Assembly: GCA_011109175.1 (NCBI GenBank)
Contig: RDEW01000022.1
Location: 766,273 to 830,272 of the forward strand
Reading direction: 5' to 3'
Length of the DNA stretch: 64,000 bases
Source: Dicyema japonicum
Lineage: Eukaryota; Animalia; Dicyemida
Shown here: in pieces, positions 13,261 through 26,454 of the stretch
How the letters are laid out: each line of letters starts with the position of its first letter
Position numbering within the stretch: the first letter of the stretch is position 1
Program-made: the position numbers and the translations under genes
The notes under the pieces: model-generated
What the model saw: the letters and a program-made list of their open reading frames with translations, nothing else
Told to the model about the DNA's origin: nothing
Databases searched by the model: none

Positions 13261-13950
13261 TAGTCTCTATCAATGAAAATTTCGAAAGCGGATATCGTCA
13301 AGATCAAGCGGATGGAACCACCCAGTACAGAAAACTGGAGGATGACCCTAAAACTTTGCTCGCTTCATGGGACTCCAAAGACATTACGAAAAGTAAATTG
13401 TTATCTAAGATGACCATGCAAAAGCTTTAGAAAGGATGGATCCAAAGACGTCCTGTCTACCTATCACTCCGACTCAGGTTGATGAGGCTTTCGTGAAACC
13501 GATCCTTAAGTACAACTCTGGAACATGGGGAATCTCAAAAACCGACGAACAAAGACTCGAATCATTTCATAAAAAGCAACGGACATCATGATCTCCCAAG
13601 ATGTTTAATTTCTGTAGGAAATATGGAATCAGTAAGTCGAAGAGAATTAAGTCATATTATGTGACATGCTGGTATAAAGGATTGACTCTATAGAAAGCAA
13701 CTTTTCTCTCTCTTGGGACTAAAGTGCCCGATGCGTATAAACAGTGAAGAATTGTTCAAAAGTTGCTCTTCTCGAGCTCCCTGATGATCAAGACGCAATG
13801 GAAACTGTGTGGTCACATTATAAGAATGGAGTGAGACACGTTAACTAAACACTAAGTGATGGTGAAGAACTCAGTAGTCTGTGGAGCCTAGCATTGAACA
13901 GGAGAGGTTGGGAGAGACTATGCAGACACGGGACGAATAGAATTATAGCT
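13260..13950 (+). mobile_element. RTE-type LINE 3' fragment
   Basis: KPILKYNSGTWG..RLESFHKKQ and WKLCGHIIRM, homologous to 61600-61850. Confidence 0.65.
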
Positions 13951-14004
13951 TGTATGATTATTTGTTTTTATTCCTACAAAGTATTTTGGATCATTAGATA
14001 GAGG

Positions 14005-14520
14005 ATTTTGGTTGATGTGGTGACGTGCCTCTCTTGCACATATGTCTTCATCACGTTCATAACGAGCTCTACAATGTCACTTGGAAGCTTTAACACCAGA
14101 GGATTGGAATGTAACCTTAACAATACCAACTTATGAGATCTGTCCAATCATGGATATTTGTTGTCTACCAAACTCGGCACGAATATAATTATTGCTAATA
14201 TGATTCTATGTTGTTGCTTATAATAATAAATAACATTAAAACAAAATAAACAAAGGTCATTTAGTGGATGACCAGACTGCGTGGCCATTCCTTCTCGGGA
14301 TGGCGAGCGAAAATCTCTCAAATAGCCAGCAGACGTTAATTTTGCTTTATAATTCAAAGATAATCAAGTTCAAATGGTAACAACTCTGGGACAGTAATAA
14401 ATATGGATCTCCACAATGAATCATATTAAAATCTAACCCCGAAGAAACTTGGAAACATATGGTTTAGAAAAAACCCTAATCCAATAAAAACTCGGATAAA
14501 TCATACTTGAGAGTCAATCT
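14005..14520 (+). mobile_element. RTE-type LINE 5' fragment (leader plus APE start)
   Basis: Leader GGTTGATGTGGTGACGTGCCTCTCTTGCACATATGTC is shared with 57959-57996 and the window end; it is followed by LGSFNTRG. Confidence 0.55.
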
Positions 14521-15469
14521 AAAGAATCGTATTTTATTGGGATCTAATCTGAGAAACTCAGATATTTCTCATTACAATGTGACATGACGTGTGTCCAGAC
14601 CATTAACGTCACTTTCCCAATCAATAGCGTCACATATTAAACATTAACGTTGGATAATAGTACATATAATTTTTTGATAAAAGAACATCTTAAAAATGAG
14701 GTTGAATTTTCAGTATCCTAAAAACCAAGACGTGGAAGAGCTGTTTTAGGATTTTCTGCCTACATTGTTGTAGGGACGTCAGTCATTGCATCAATTACTA
14801 ATTTTTCTGGAATCCTTAAAAATCTTGTTAAGAGGGAATCGAAGACCTGACCTTATTTTGATAATACGCATATTCACCATTATACGGACATTGATTGAAA
14901 TCGCAAACATGCATTACCCCCTACTCACCATCTCTTAATCCGATTGAGAATGTATTCAACACAAGGAATGATTTTTTCCTGAGAAGAGACTGAAAATGAG
15001 AAAAATTTAAAAAGAATTTGAAATTACTAAAATAATTGTTCTGGGTTTTTCAGAAAAATGGTTTTTCAGAAATTATATGGAATAATTTATTACCTTTTTG
15101 TTTGTCACATTATTTTTGCTATTTTGGTTATTTACCCTTAAATTTAGTGACTCTATTGATTGGGAAAGTGACGCTGATTGTGAGGGATCCCTATATTACC
15201 AAAGTCAAACAAGAAATGTGTAGTTTGTTTTCAAAGTTATTGCAATTTCCTTAATTATGTGGTTAAACATGAAAATTACTGTATTGTTTGATCAGCTTTG
15301 TGGTTACTAAACTGAGACCGCAACAAATGCTATTAAAAGTATCAAAATCAATTAAGGAAAACTTAAGTCATCATTTCATTAGAGAACTAGCATGTGGTCG
15401 ACTCACTATTATTGGACCCATCCCTTTCTTCATTTCCTAGTCTGGTCTAGAAAAGTCAACAAAAATAAT

Positions 15470-15765
15470 TTATTTATTAACCCGGATGCACCAAGAAAGG
15501 TTAACAGTAAACAACTAATTGAGTGCATCCAGTTTCTGTTACAGTAACCAGAGTCCTTCAACGTCACACAGGTCAACACAGAATCAGCATAAAAGGTGTA
15601 CATTCCTTGCAGTTGTGGAAAACCCTCCAGTGGAGTGGGGGAGAACAAATGATCCTTTTTCGTATTAGTCTGGTTCTGAGCGGATCACATGACGCCACTT
15701 TTGGAAGAGGAGGAGGGACAGACAAAAAAACAGAAAACTTCAACCAATTAGCACCACAGGGCAAA
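15470..15765 (-). mobile_element. Structured SINE-like element, copy C
   Basis: Colinear with 52446-52765 and 37148-37466; has an internal deletion in the pseudoknot region and an A-rich tail. Confidence 0.8.
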
Positions 15766-15834
15766 TAAAGTAATAAAATGAGAATATTCCAAAAATAGAG
15801 AAATTAGTAGTCTAAATAATATTATTAGAATTTG

Positions 15835-16861
15835 TTAAATTCGGTAATATCCTTTCTGCTTTAGGATATCACGGAATTTTCTCATTTCTCGATTTCTCAT
15901 CTCCTTATTTGGTGTGTCCTCTATTGTATTGGGTAATTCAGGACCAAGTTCCATTCCAGGGAGATCATTAAGGTCTGGTTCATCTCCCTGTGTATTGGGT
16001 AATACGGGACCGATTCCCATATAAGGACTCCACATTTTTGGGTGTTCCTCAGAGTCTGGTTCATCTCCCTTTGTATTGGGTAATACGGGACCAATTCCCA
16101 TATAAGGATTCCACTTTTTAGGGTGTTCCTCAGAGTCTGATTCGTCTTCCTCCTCGTTGTTTACTACAGGTGCTTGTTCCATAGAAGGTCCCGTATTCTT
16201 TGGATAATTGAATCCCATTGGTACTTTATTGTCCGGCTAAAATAACATAAACATAAACTAAATCAGTAAATTGATTAATTTCCTCTTTGAATGAACCATA
16301 TTCGACTATATAATAGTTGTGGGTCATTATATGCATCACGTTTGTCTTGAACGTTTCAAAACGCTCTTTTTCTTCATTGTCGGAGTAATTCCGATCTGTG
16401 AACTATATAGAAAAGTCAACTGTATTTGATTTTGAATTTCTCGAACAGTTCTTTGGTGTTGCCCTGGATTTCATCCTCCACAAAAGTATTTGAGTCGGCG
16501 TCCGCAGTGACATTCAAGTGTCTATAACAGCAGAATCCGAGATCTGCAGCCTTGTTGCTTAAATCTATGAATTCTTTATTTCTCCGATAATTTATCGCAT
16601 GCTGCATTCTATCATCTGGATTCGTGTAATTTTTGTCTAATATTAAACTGAGGATAACTGAATTTGACCACAAAGGAATCCCACTCGTCTTCAAATTGTT
16701 TCTGAAGATCTCTTGGGTTATTCAGAGACTAAATAATTTAATAAGCAGAAATACCATTTCCTGAAACTCATCTACTAGTCTTGAAGACTAAAAGTGTTTT
16801 TAAAATTAAATAAAACTTCAAATGAAAGGAATAATGACAGAAATATCGAAGCCACAATCAT
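15835..16861 (-). CDS. Secreted tandem I29 (cathepsin propeptide-like) cysteine-protease inhibitor with an acidic Pro-rich repeat tail; 5 introns
   Basis: Introns 16788-16816, 16729-16754, 16637-16658, 16396-16420 and 16237-16258 (all GT-AG) give one open frame: signal-like MIVASIFLSLFLSFESS, then WDSFVVKFNKNYTNPDDRMQHAINYRRNKEFIDLSN, then FEKFKIKYNRNYSDNEEKERFETFKTNVMHIMTHN...INQFTDL, then the tail. No C1A catalytic domain precedes the stop. Confidence 0.85.
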
Positions 16862-18251
16862 TTTTAATGTCTTTAATAATTTTGAATTTATTTTCTTCTG
16901 GTTGCCCAATAAAAATATAGTAATTAATTTAATTAATCAATAAGATATAATTTAAAAAATAACATAAAGATAAGAATTTATTTTTAATTTTTTTCGGTTA
17001 AGGTGATGACTTCCTTGTTTAAAAAACACTACTGACTAAGGAACTGTCTGCTAATGGCATTCAATGTCAGAGTCGTAAAACGACTCTCAATCTCAATGGC
17101 AAATACATAATTGAGTCTTTGTTTTTCTCAAGAGTCTCAAACTAACATTCAGTTTGGTGAAGATTAGGTGAAACACATTTATTTTACACCAACCAGATTG
17201 CAGTTATTATGTCATTGGATTTGATGTTAACCGAAACCTGACAATATCAAATAGTAGAGGACAATGATTGTATTTGCGTAGTCAAATTATGTACTAGCAG
17301 AAAAATTACGATAATAATTAAGGTGTGCACGTATATTGGGTGTCATTTCAACGTACCTTGAAGATTTAAAAGAATGACCGTCGACTTCCGGTCATATAGT
17401 TTCACGGTTAATCTGAAATTACCCAATTTGGGGAAACCTCTTAATCTACCCATTGTTATCAAAGACATAGAAAGAATTATAAACTAAATAACAAAATTAC
17501 ATGAAGTCTTGGAAAATAATGATCCGTTGATGTATACTTTGAATTCAACTGTGGAGACTATTTGAAATATACTGAACTGAATGTTCAAAACACATCCACC
17601 TCTTAGAGAAGGATTAATCCTGGTGCGGTAATCCTGTGGAAAGTCTCCACTTGATTTAAGATACTATGAAATTTTATCCTAAAAAGATTAATGGAATACA
17701 CTTGTCTGAGAGTCAGGACGTTTAAAAATGGATGATCAACTGCAGATATGACATCATTGTAAAACTTATGTTATGATGCAAAATACAAGAAATCCACATA
17801 TTGGGATCTTCAAGTGCATTCGCATTGGAGGAATACTAAATCCTTAGGATGACACGAATACTTCTAGGAAGAACGGATTTAAAAATTTTCCCAGTTTCTG
17901 AAGTCTTTTGCAGCATCACCTTGTCCATGGTCCCAAGAAATTAGTGTTCATCCATATTGAATAATAATTTAATGTATCATAAAAATGAGAATCCAATAAA
18001 CTCAAAAGTTTATTATACAAAAATATTGAGGAGTATGGAGGCAGAGCCTGAGATGCCATATGGGCAGAGGGTTCAATTGGACAAGGCGCTCTCGGAGTTG
18101 TTTCAGCAACCAGAATCGAACCTGCCTGAGGAGGCTGGCGAACAAGCAGGCGAGGAAGGTTGTTGATTATTAAATATATTAACTTTTTTAAAGTGGGATA
18201 TAATACAAAAATATTGAGCACAGTTTTAATATAAAAAAAACTTTTAAAATA

Positions 18252-19050
18252 TTGTTTAAACAGGCGAAAATAATTTCTCAATCGAATACTAACATTGTGA
18301 GAATAAGCCACAAACCATTCCAAAGGATGGATATTTTTTCATACAAAAAACCGAAAAGGAGGCATCCAACAATGTATTTTCTACCGGGAGATGTCGCTTT
18401 GGAGATCTATCAAACAAAGAACACACATTCCTGCGGACCAGACGGGATCCCGGTTATTCTGTTGAAAAAGATGTGCACAGTGGGCGCATCAGCACTAACA
18501 TGCATCTTCAACTACTCAATCAACTCCAACTGTATTCCCGCTATATGGAAACTTTCGAATATTCATCCAATACTGAAGCCTGGGAAACCAAAGGAGGACT
18601 CGGCTTCTTACAGGGCTTTGTCGCTCTTGTGCGTCCATACTAGAATCCTAAAAAGGATGATTGTGAAACTCACACGACATTTCCTCTCAGATGCCATATT
18701 TCAGCATGGGTTCGAAGAGGGTCGATCAACTATCACACATAAATACATTAAAGAAGTTTATAACAGATGGCCTTAACAACCTGACCAAACCCTCTAATGA
18801 AGATTGCATTATGAAAACTATTCCGCTAAAGAATGAAGTGATGTCCGCGACGGTAGGACGTGGGACAAAAATGGAAAATGACGGACCTAGTTCTCCACCT
18901 CTCTTCGGAAGCGGAAGCCTGTAATGAAGTGTTGGAAGATGGACTTGGTCGGCACAAGCAGATGTTCTCCCTTTGGTTCCTTTCTAGGATTAGTTAGTTA
19001 TGACTGTTTGTGCTGGGCTTACAATGGTAAGCCTGGGGTTAATAATAATT
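18252..19050 (+). mobile_element. Jockey/I/Ingi-like LINE, RT fragment plus 3' terminus
   Basis: SCGPDGIP..WKLSNIHPILKPGKP..SYRALSLL..FQHGF; ends GGATTAGTTAGTT...CCTGGGGTTAATAATAA. Confidence 0.8.
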
Positions 19051-19609
19051 ATGTGTGGTGACTGGGAAAGTCGCGTTATAGAAGGTAACGTGTGATTCAA
19101 TGCCGTATGTCTTTTACATGTTGTAAATTAGGATAGACACAATTCGCAGTTTTCAAAGCCATGCGGTTACTGTTGCACGAGTTAACTAGCGGAAATGTCG
19201 TCCGCGTAAGAGAAGACAGTTTTCGCCTAAATGTTGGACATATTATGTATATAAAGTTTAAACCGGAAGATTTTTTGGCTTAATTTTTTTCTATATAAAC
19301 TCTGATTTTTGGAGAACTTATTGTGAAATACATAGTATTCATTATCTTACTAACAAAGAGAGGACGGTTGCCTTAAACGCGCAGGCACTTCCACAAATTA
19401 GAAAAAGGAGGGTATAGTCTAATAAAATACCCTTAAAGGAATAATAGCTCAATTTGGTCAGTACTTTGAATTCGCGTAGGGAAGAGCGCATCACTACCCT
19501 TTCTCCATTAGAATATATTGAACCGAGTGGACTTCAGAATGTCGCCGAACTACCTTAAGTCACTTTATTTCACAAATCCACAGGGAACTATAAAAGAGTT
19601 CAAAAACAA

Positions 19610-19820
19610 ATTATTATTCCACCAAGATCACTGGGTTAAAGAAAAAGAATGTCTCAACTAAGTGATCACAGACCGAAAAAAGGAGGCCAACCGGCGGAAA
19701 TGGGTATTTCTCCATAACGGGTTTGGAATTTTCTCGTATCTCGGGTGTTTTTTGAGGCATTTGATAAAGCTAGGTTGACCGACCTCATGAATTTTTGCTC
19801 CAGGACAAAGTGATCGTCTT
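19610..19820 (-). mobile_element. 3' end of a Jockey/Ingi-like element carrying the shared terminal motif
   Basis: Minus strand GTGATCACTTAGTTGAGACATTCTTTTTCTTTAACCCAGTGATCTTGGTGGAATAATAA. Confidence 0.6.
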
Positions 19821-20202
19821 AATAGCGTCAAATTAAATTATTCCAACGACCAATGGTAAAAACAAACTAACTAATTCCTTGAACATTACGGGTTCCAGGT
19901 TCCAGCAGAATCTTCACCCAAGCACAGTGATCCAGAGTACGTTGTCCAAGTAGCTGAGGTCAAGTTTATAACTCCTCCCCAGGGAACGAAATTGTCTCCA
20001 AGTGGAATTAATAAATGAATGCCTTTAAAAATACTGGCTAGACATTGGGCTTCTGCTGAGCAAGGTGGATCCAATAACACCTCCAGAGGGAAGTAAGAGA
20101 AATCTTTAATCAATTGACCACGTGGTGTAATTTAGGACGATTTATGTTTGATTAATAAACAAATGTTAAAATAATTTTAATTTTTAAAATAATAAGCCAA
20201 CA

Positions 20203-20795
20203 ATGTCTAGTGGGTCAAAGGGTAAGTGGGATTTGGATTTTTCATCAAAGTATAAGTAAATTAAATCTCCCCAAGGTCGAAATATGAGAAGAAAGAAGTA
20301 GATCCACCTGGGGGATTCTCAAAAAATTTTGTAGTCAAGGAAGAAACATCGGATGATCAAGGTCAATCGCTCATAGAGAAGGCATGATAATCCCAATAAC
20401 CCTAGAAATCCTACGAAATCGCGTGGGGACCATTCAAGTCGATTCCAATGAATTTGTTCATAATGTGGATGATAGGGGGGAGTGTTCACATGTTCTCCAT
20501 AATGATGATTGTCATGCTCATTGGAAAGGCACATTCAGCCTTCTTCACGATCGAAGAAAGTCGTAAAATTTATTATTTAAGCATTTAAAACATGTGATTC
20601 TTTGTCACGTGGGTTACTCAAACAAAAGTTTATATTTGTTGTGGGTAACTTTCTGATGTTGTGTCTTGCCTTCTATAAGTGTTCCTCGATTGGACTCTTG
20701 CCCACCAAACCATCAGATTGGATTGATTTGAACAGAAATGTAGAGGTCTCTCGTTTATTCATTTGTAGTACTTGGAGACACTATCGGGTCATTGA
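20203..20795 (+). CDS. EMC4: ER membrane protein complex subunit 4 (TMEM85); 4 tiny introns, one of them GC-AG
   Basis: Spliced [29 protein letters not shown]..FSIMM and YKCSSIGLLPTKPSDW match EMC4 signatures. Confidence 0.92.
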
Positions 20796-20832
20796 TATTA
20801 TTACGTTTATTTGTTAACACGTGTCTTTAGTT

Positions 20833-21400
20833 TTATTTATGCCCATTTCTGTGGGCTTCTCCAAGTTCTTCCATTCGTATATTAGGGTTCTCCATTCTCT
20901 TTTTAACAAGGGTTTCGTCGCCTCCTTCTTGCTCACGATACGGAAGAGGGTGGTTTTCATCCATCATGAGTGGACTTTTGTGGAATGGAGGTACGTCACC
21001 ACCTAACCTATGGATCAGCAGAACTATTTAACCCCTCTACACACTAGAAAGATTCAGTGTTACTCTTTTGAGTCTACAAAAGCCTGCGATGAAGGGAGCA
21101 TGGTAACAAGGACATATTCTGAAATAACCTCATTGTATATTTAAAAACCAAGAATGGCCATTAGATCCCGGCCTCTATCAACAACCATTTCATATTTGCT
21201 TGGCGTTAGACTCGCGCTACTGCAAGGGGTTCACGTGAGATGAACCGCACACCAGTTCTTATCACTAAGGTCTCGAATGGGGTAAGGTCCACCAAGGAGG
21301 ACGAAACCTTTCCATGAGTTCACATGATTGCAAGTCCCTGATTTCCTAAAATGGTTTCTTGTTATATTAGAGTCTTAGTTGACGATTAAATTTAAAAAAA
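20833..21400 (-). CDS. Possible small intron-containing gene of unknown function, convergent with EMC4
   Basis: Several 20-27 nt GT..AG segments and an open last exon LGGDVPPFHKSP..EAHRNGHK*. No family recognised and the model is not resolved. Confidence 0.3.
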
Positions 21401-21619
21401 TGGTATGTCGACTTAGACTAAGTTATGAGAATGAAAAATTGATATCCCTCACCTCCACGTGTATAATTGGTAGAGTTAAAACTAACTCTATTTTAATAAT
21501 ACGATTCAGTACACATGAAATTCCTCCACTTAGTGTTGGGGGCATATATTAAGAAAACCTACAAATATTCAATATCAATTTTATTAAACTTATAAGTTAC
21601 ATTATTTAGTTTCTCAGAT

Positions 21620-22100
21620 CAAGTTCAGTCACCTCCTCCAATTAGTTTTGAAGTCCCGGATTAATCTCCACAAAGGGGAAGGTTTCTCGCATCTCTGGCA
21701 GGGTCCAGATATAGTTTGATTTCTTTCCCGAGGGGATGTTTATGAGACTTTGCCATCTTGAGGCGGTCTCCGGTAGTGTTCCGTAAGGTATTCCATGATT
21801 GGGGGAGTTATTGGTCTCCGTAGTAACGATGGGTGTCTTTTTCGACGATCTCAATAATATTCTGAGACATTGGTTCAGAAACACTTCCAGCTTGCCCTGT
21901 GCCGATAGTGATAGCGCTACAATCCATGCAGCACAGGCGTACTCGATACTTGGTTTGACAAATTGTTTGTATAAAGCTCAAATGATGGCGGGAATGCGAA
22001 AAAACCTTGAAATTCCAATTATCTTTTTGCATTTTCTTAGTAAATTGAGTCAACTTTATTGGAATTCCTCTTCGTTATTAACCTATAATTGAGGATTTGG
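21620..22100 (-). mobile_element. Jockey/Ingi-like LINE, C-terminal fragment
   Basis: YKQFVKPSIEYACAAW..KLE motif. Confidence 0.65.
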
Positions 22101-22639
22101 CATATTTACTATTTTTTAACGCTAAGAAAAACAAGAGGATAAGAGTTATCATTAGATGACCCTTCTTATATTTTGGATGGGATTCTGGATGTGATCTGAC
22201 GTTGTCCGTAAACTGGATGGGTGTCTGTTTGAGTGTAGAAATAAGACTCTAAAGATTGATTCTGTATCACCCCCAATTTTGTTTAGTATCGATAACACGA
22301 GTTATCTGCGTCGGACTAGCGTATTCGATGGTGGATAAAACGATTTGTTGGTTACAAGTTCCAATGAAGTGATGGAAGACACCGGAGGGAACAGAAAAGT
22401 TTCGTCGTGTGTTACATTTTATGTAGAAACAGGTTGTATAGAACTGGAGATAGTGTCGAGCCCTAAAGCACTCTGTTTTGTAATAAACGTGATCTGAAAT
22501 GGCTACCTTCTCAAGTTGTTCTGGGAGAAATACATTCAGACTTCAAGTTCAGATAAATGTCCGATGTTTAGTGCTCCTCCATATTACCTATAGCTTTTTT
22601 CAATCCATGACGCTCCTCTTCCATCAAAATTTGGAGAGG

Positions 22640-23165
22640 AGTGAGTTTTATTCTCTATTTATTTCTAACGCGGATTGATAGAAGTGATCGGATTCAGAGT
22701 TGGAGAGAGTGATGAAACCGGACAAGTAATGGGGGAATAGCTGAGTAGATAAATTAGTTAAGGGGACCATTTTTTGCAGCGCATTCTTGTGACGGCTGAG
22801 CCCTAGAGTTTGGAAATGATTTAATGACGTAGAGTTTCGGAAGCCCCTTACCATAACGTTCTTCACATGTTGTGAAGAAGAAAGCAAGGGAAACAAAGTC
22901 TCTCCCATTATTCTTGGATATCTTTATAAAGGTTGATTTCTAACGTATCCTTTTGCCCGGTTAAAATTGTATATGAAGATTTTTTCCGTGGACACGGAAA
23001 TCGATTCAAAGCCAGTCAAGCACCCAGATCGTTTAGCTGTGACTGAAGTTCTGATTTTGTCAAATCCACATATCTGCTTCTGCTTGCAATAATTAAATCG
23101 TCAGCATGTTATAAGCATTGAATCAGACCCTCCAGGGCAGGGTAAGTCATTTAAGAATAAGTTAA
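22640..23165 (-). mobile_element. Jockey/Ingi-like RT fragment
   Basis: LFLNDLPCPGG and QHVKNVM, homologous to the 58668-59411 ORF. Confidence 0.7.
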
Positions 23166-23359
23166 AAAGCGCTGGATTTTGGCCTTGATTTTAATCTGAA
23201 TTGAGCGCTGCTGGTTATTTGAGTGAATCTCGCTCGCCATCCTGAGAGGTAGTAAAGAAATTCGTTCAATGAGCCAGCTCTTTTATCTTTTTGTCTCTTG
23301 TTATAACCGATCCGATACGGTTCAGCAGAATTGGTGATCTTTCCTATGAGTTCTGATGT

Positions 23360-24100
23360 CGATTGGCTCAAAGATGAACTGTCCATTTCTTCTTTAGCGC
23401 CTCAGCCTTTTCCAAGGCAGAGCAGAGCCTGAGGTAGTAGCAGTCATAACAGGTTGGAGGGAGAGAGGCTGTCCACATAGGTGGCGCCCCAGGCGAGATA
23501 TCTGACACTTCCCATGGAAGAAAGTTGTTTCGTAAGACCTTTTGTTGTCTGGTACCAGTCCGAGAGGTTCCAACTGGATTGAGAATCCGAGCAACAACTC
23601 CGTTAATTGCACTGTGTCTTGGACTCCTTCCAACGCTCCTCTGACAGGAGAGAGCTTTAAAACAATTCGCGTCGACCGTTCCTCCACATCTACAGCGACG
23701 GGTCGCGCAAACATCCATTCCAAGGTGGACATAAACCTCAATTCTTGTGACATCGTCATCCAATAGTGTCACAAGTGAGCTTCATAGGAATGCTCTGAGC
23801 CATGCACCACGTTCACTCGTCGATGCAGAAGCCAAACGATATGACCTGCAGGCATTGAGCACACAATGGGAATTACCTCTCATGATAGCGAGTCTAATGT
23901 TCTGCAAGAGCCATTGTGTCATTCTAGTCTCGCCCTTCCTGAGCCAAACATGCCGTCCGATTAACCTGATAAATTTGAACGTACCCGGACCAATAACCGC
24001 AGGCATCTCAACTGAGATCTACTGGAAAGCGAACCAGTCATCAATGTCGTGATAATTCCTTCTTTCAAGTCTTCAGCAGTACGCTGCGCTCCCAATGACC
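23360..24100 (-). mobile_element. CRE-like non-LTR fragments (RLE region)
   Basis: CRCGGTVD..LSC.RSVGRSPRHSAIN and WLLQNIRLAIMRGN. Confidence 0.75.
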
Positions 24101-24919
24101 TTGAATTTATAATTTTTATTTTTTGAAAAAAATCGAACAACAAAATTAGATTTAGAGGACCGCAGGCTATTCCCTCTTAGGAATGGAAATCTTTTCAAAT
24201 ATCCAACAACATCCGAGATTCCCTGAGCATTAGTTTGACAAAGCAAGGCTTGAAGTGAAATTCTTCCATCATCCGAGTTATAGTTTCTCTCTGAGAGAGA
24301 TTTGATGCAAAGATGAAAGGATCGGCTTTAAAGTTTCTTCTAATGAGGATTGAGGCGAGGTTAAATGTGGACCAGAGAAATTCAGGAGACAAGTGAGGGT
24401 GACAGTGGGAGATAGACGGCCTTCCGTATGAATGACTGCGATCCACCTTCCAATGTCTAGCTTACTGGGAATTGATTGAGTGAAGAGTGACCCAAGTGAG
24501 AAGTCTAGGCCCTTCAAGAGAAGACATATTAAAGAATATCATTAATGTCAAATGTGACTACTTTAAATTAACGAGACTGCTTAGATAGATTTTTGTGTAT
24601 TCGACAGTTCTTCAATTCAAAACGTTAAGTTATTCTTTCATCCGTACTCATGAGAATAAATGCGACGAGGTTCACCCCCATTAAGTAATGTAGAGATTCC
24701 GTGAGGTAGATTTAACTGAGAAACTCAAAGTTGTGATGGTATCATGTTTCTATTGCACCGTCATCCTTTCAAGAAATATACAACCTCTTGTACACAAATA
24801 TAAGAATTTTTGGGAGAGGTTGTTCTTGGTAATAATCTGGTTACCGCTCAATGAGCCAGCTCTTTTATCAACTTAATGATTGTCGAAATTTCAATAAAAA
24901 TGGGAGATTAGAAAAATTT

Positions 24920-25780
24920 ACAAGAATCAAATTTCTGAATGAGATCGGTGATAATCTAATTTCCTGTGAGTAGTCATCAAACCGGTCTTTCAACGACGTC
25001 TCCAATATCATGGGAACATGAGCAAATCTTCCATCATTCAGTAGCATTTCAAACCCACTAATCCCTATCTTTCCATACCCAATTTTCTCATGACGGTCAA
25101 CACGGGAGTTCAGTCCTTCTGAAATAGAAAATAATCAACAACGCTTAGAATCGTTCAAATGGAAATCCTTCAGTAATCCAAGTTCCAGAACTATGTCAAA
25201 CTCATCCATGGTTTTGTGGTACCAAGAATCCGTAAAAATAACGTACCCTTATCCTTAGAACAAAGTAAATCAGCAGCAAATGCATGACAGGTATCAAAAC
25301 AGATTCCAATCTTAGTCTTGTCCTCAATCTGATCAACAATCGCTTTCAACTCGTTAAAGGTTTTTCTGATAGAAGATGCATGACAGGCAGAGTTCTCCAA
25401 CAGAACAATAACATCTTCGACCTCTCTTATTGCCAAGTTCACACATTCGGCAATCTTCTTCACAGATTCTTCACAACTCGAAATATTTAGCGTAGATCCT
25501 AAAGTCTCAATAAAGATAACCAGGGTGGAAGTTGTACATCTTAATTCATAGTTTGTTAAATATTCTGAGCTCCTCAACAAGACAGGTTTTACTTTTTTCA
25601 AAGACTTCGGGTTTTGGGGACCCGCAGTTCATCAGAAGTGAACCACGAGGAACCATTTTATCCAATTTAAAGCCTTTCTCCTGAAATTATGTAAATCCTT
25701 TACTTTGCAGAAGGACTTGAAATTCTCGGCATCCTTGTCCGAAAAGACCTTTGAGGACCAAAACTTTGACTTTAGAGAAC
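24920..25780 (-). pseudogene. apn-1: Apn1/endonuclease IV-family AP endonuclease, unprocessed 5'-truncated pseudogene
   Basis: Motifs YNFHPGS, LLEN, CFDTCHAFAA, FHLNDS, RHE.IG and PMILET. In-frame TGA at 25546-25548 where Gly is expected; PHGS reads PRGS; tiny introns retained. Confidence 0.85.
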
Positions 25781-25799
25781 TTTGAAAATATTTCAAATT

Positions 25800-26410
<611 letters not shown>

Positions 26411-26454
26411 ATTTGAGTTTTTGATTTTGATTTTAGTGAAGTGGTGGAAGTAGT

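Noticed and set aside
19886-20113. VLLDPPCS resembling an RNA m5C methyltransferase motif
   Set aside because: No other motifs; the segment runs into a retroelement-type 3' terminus.
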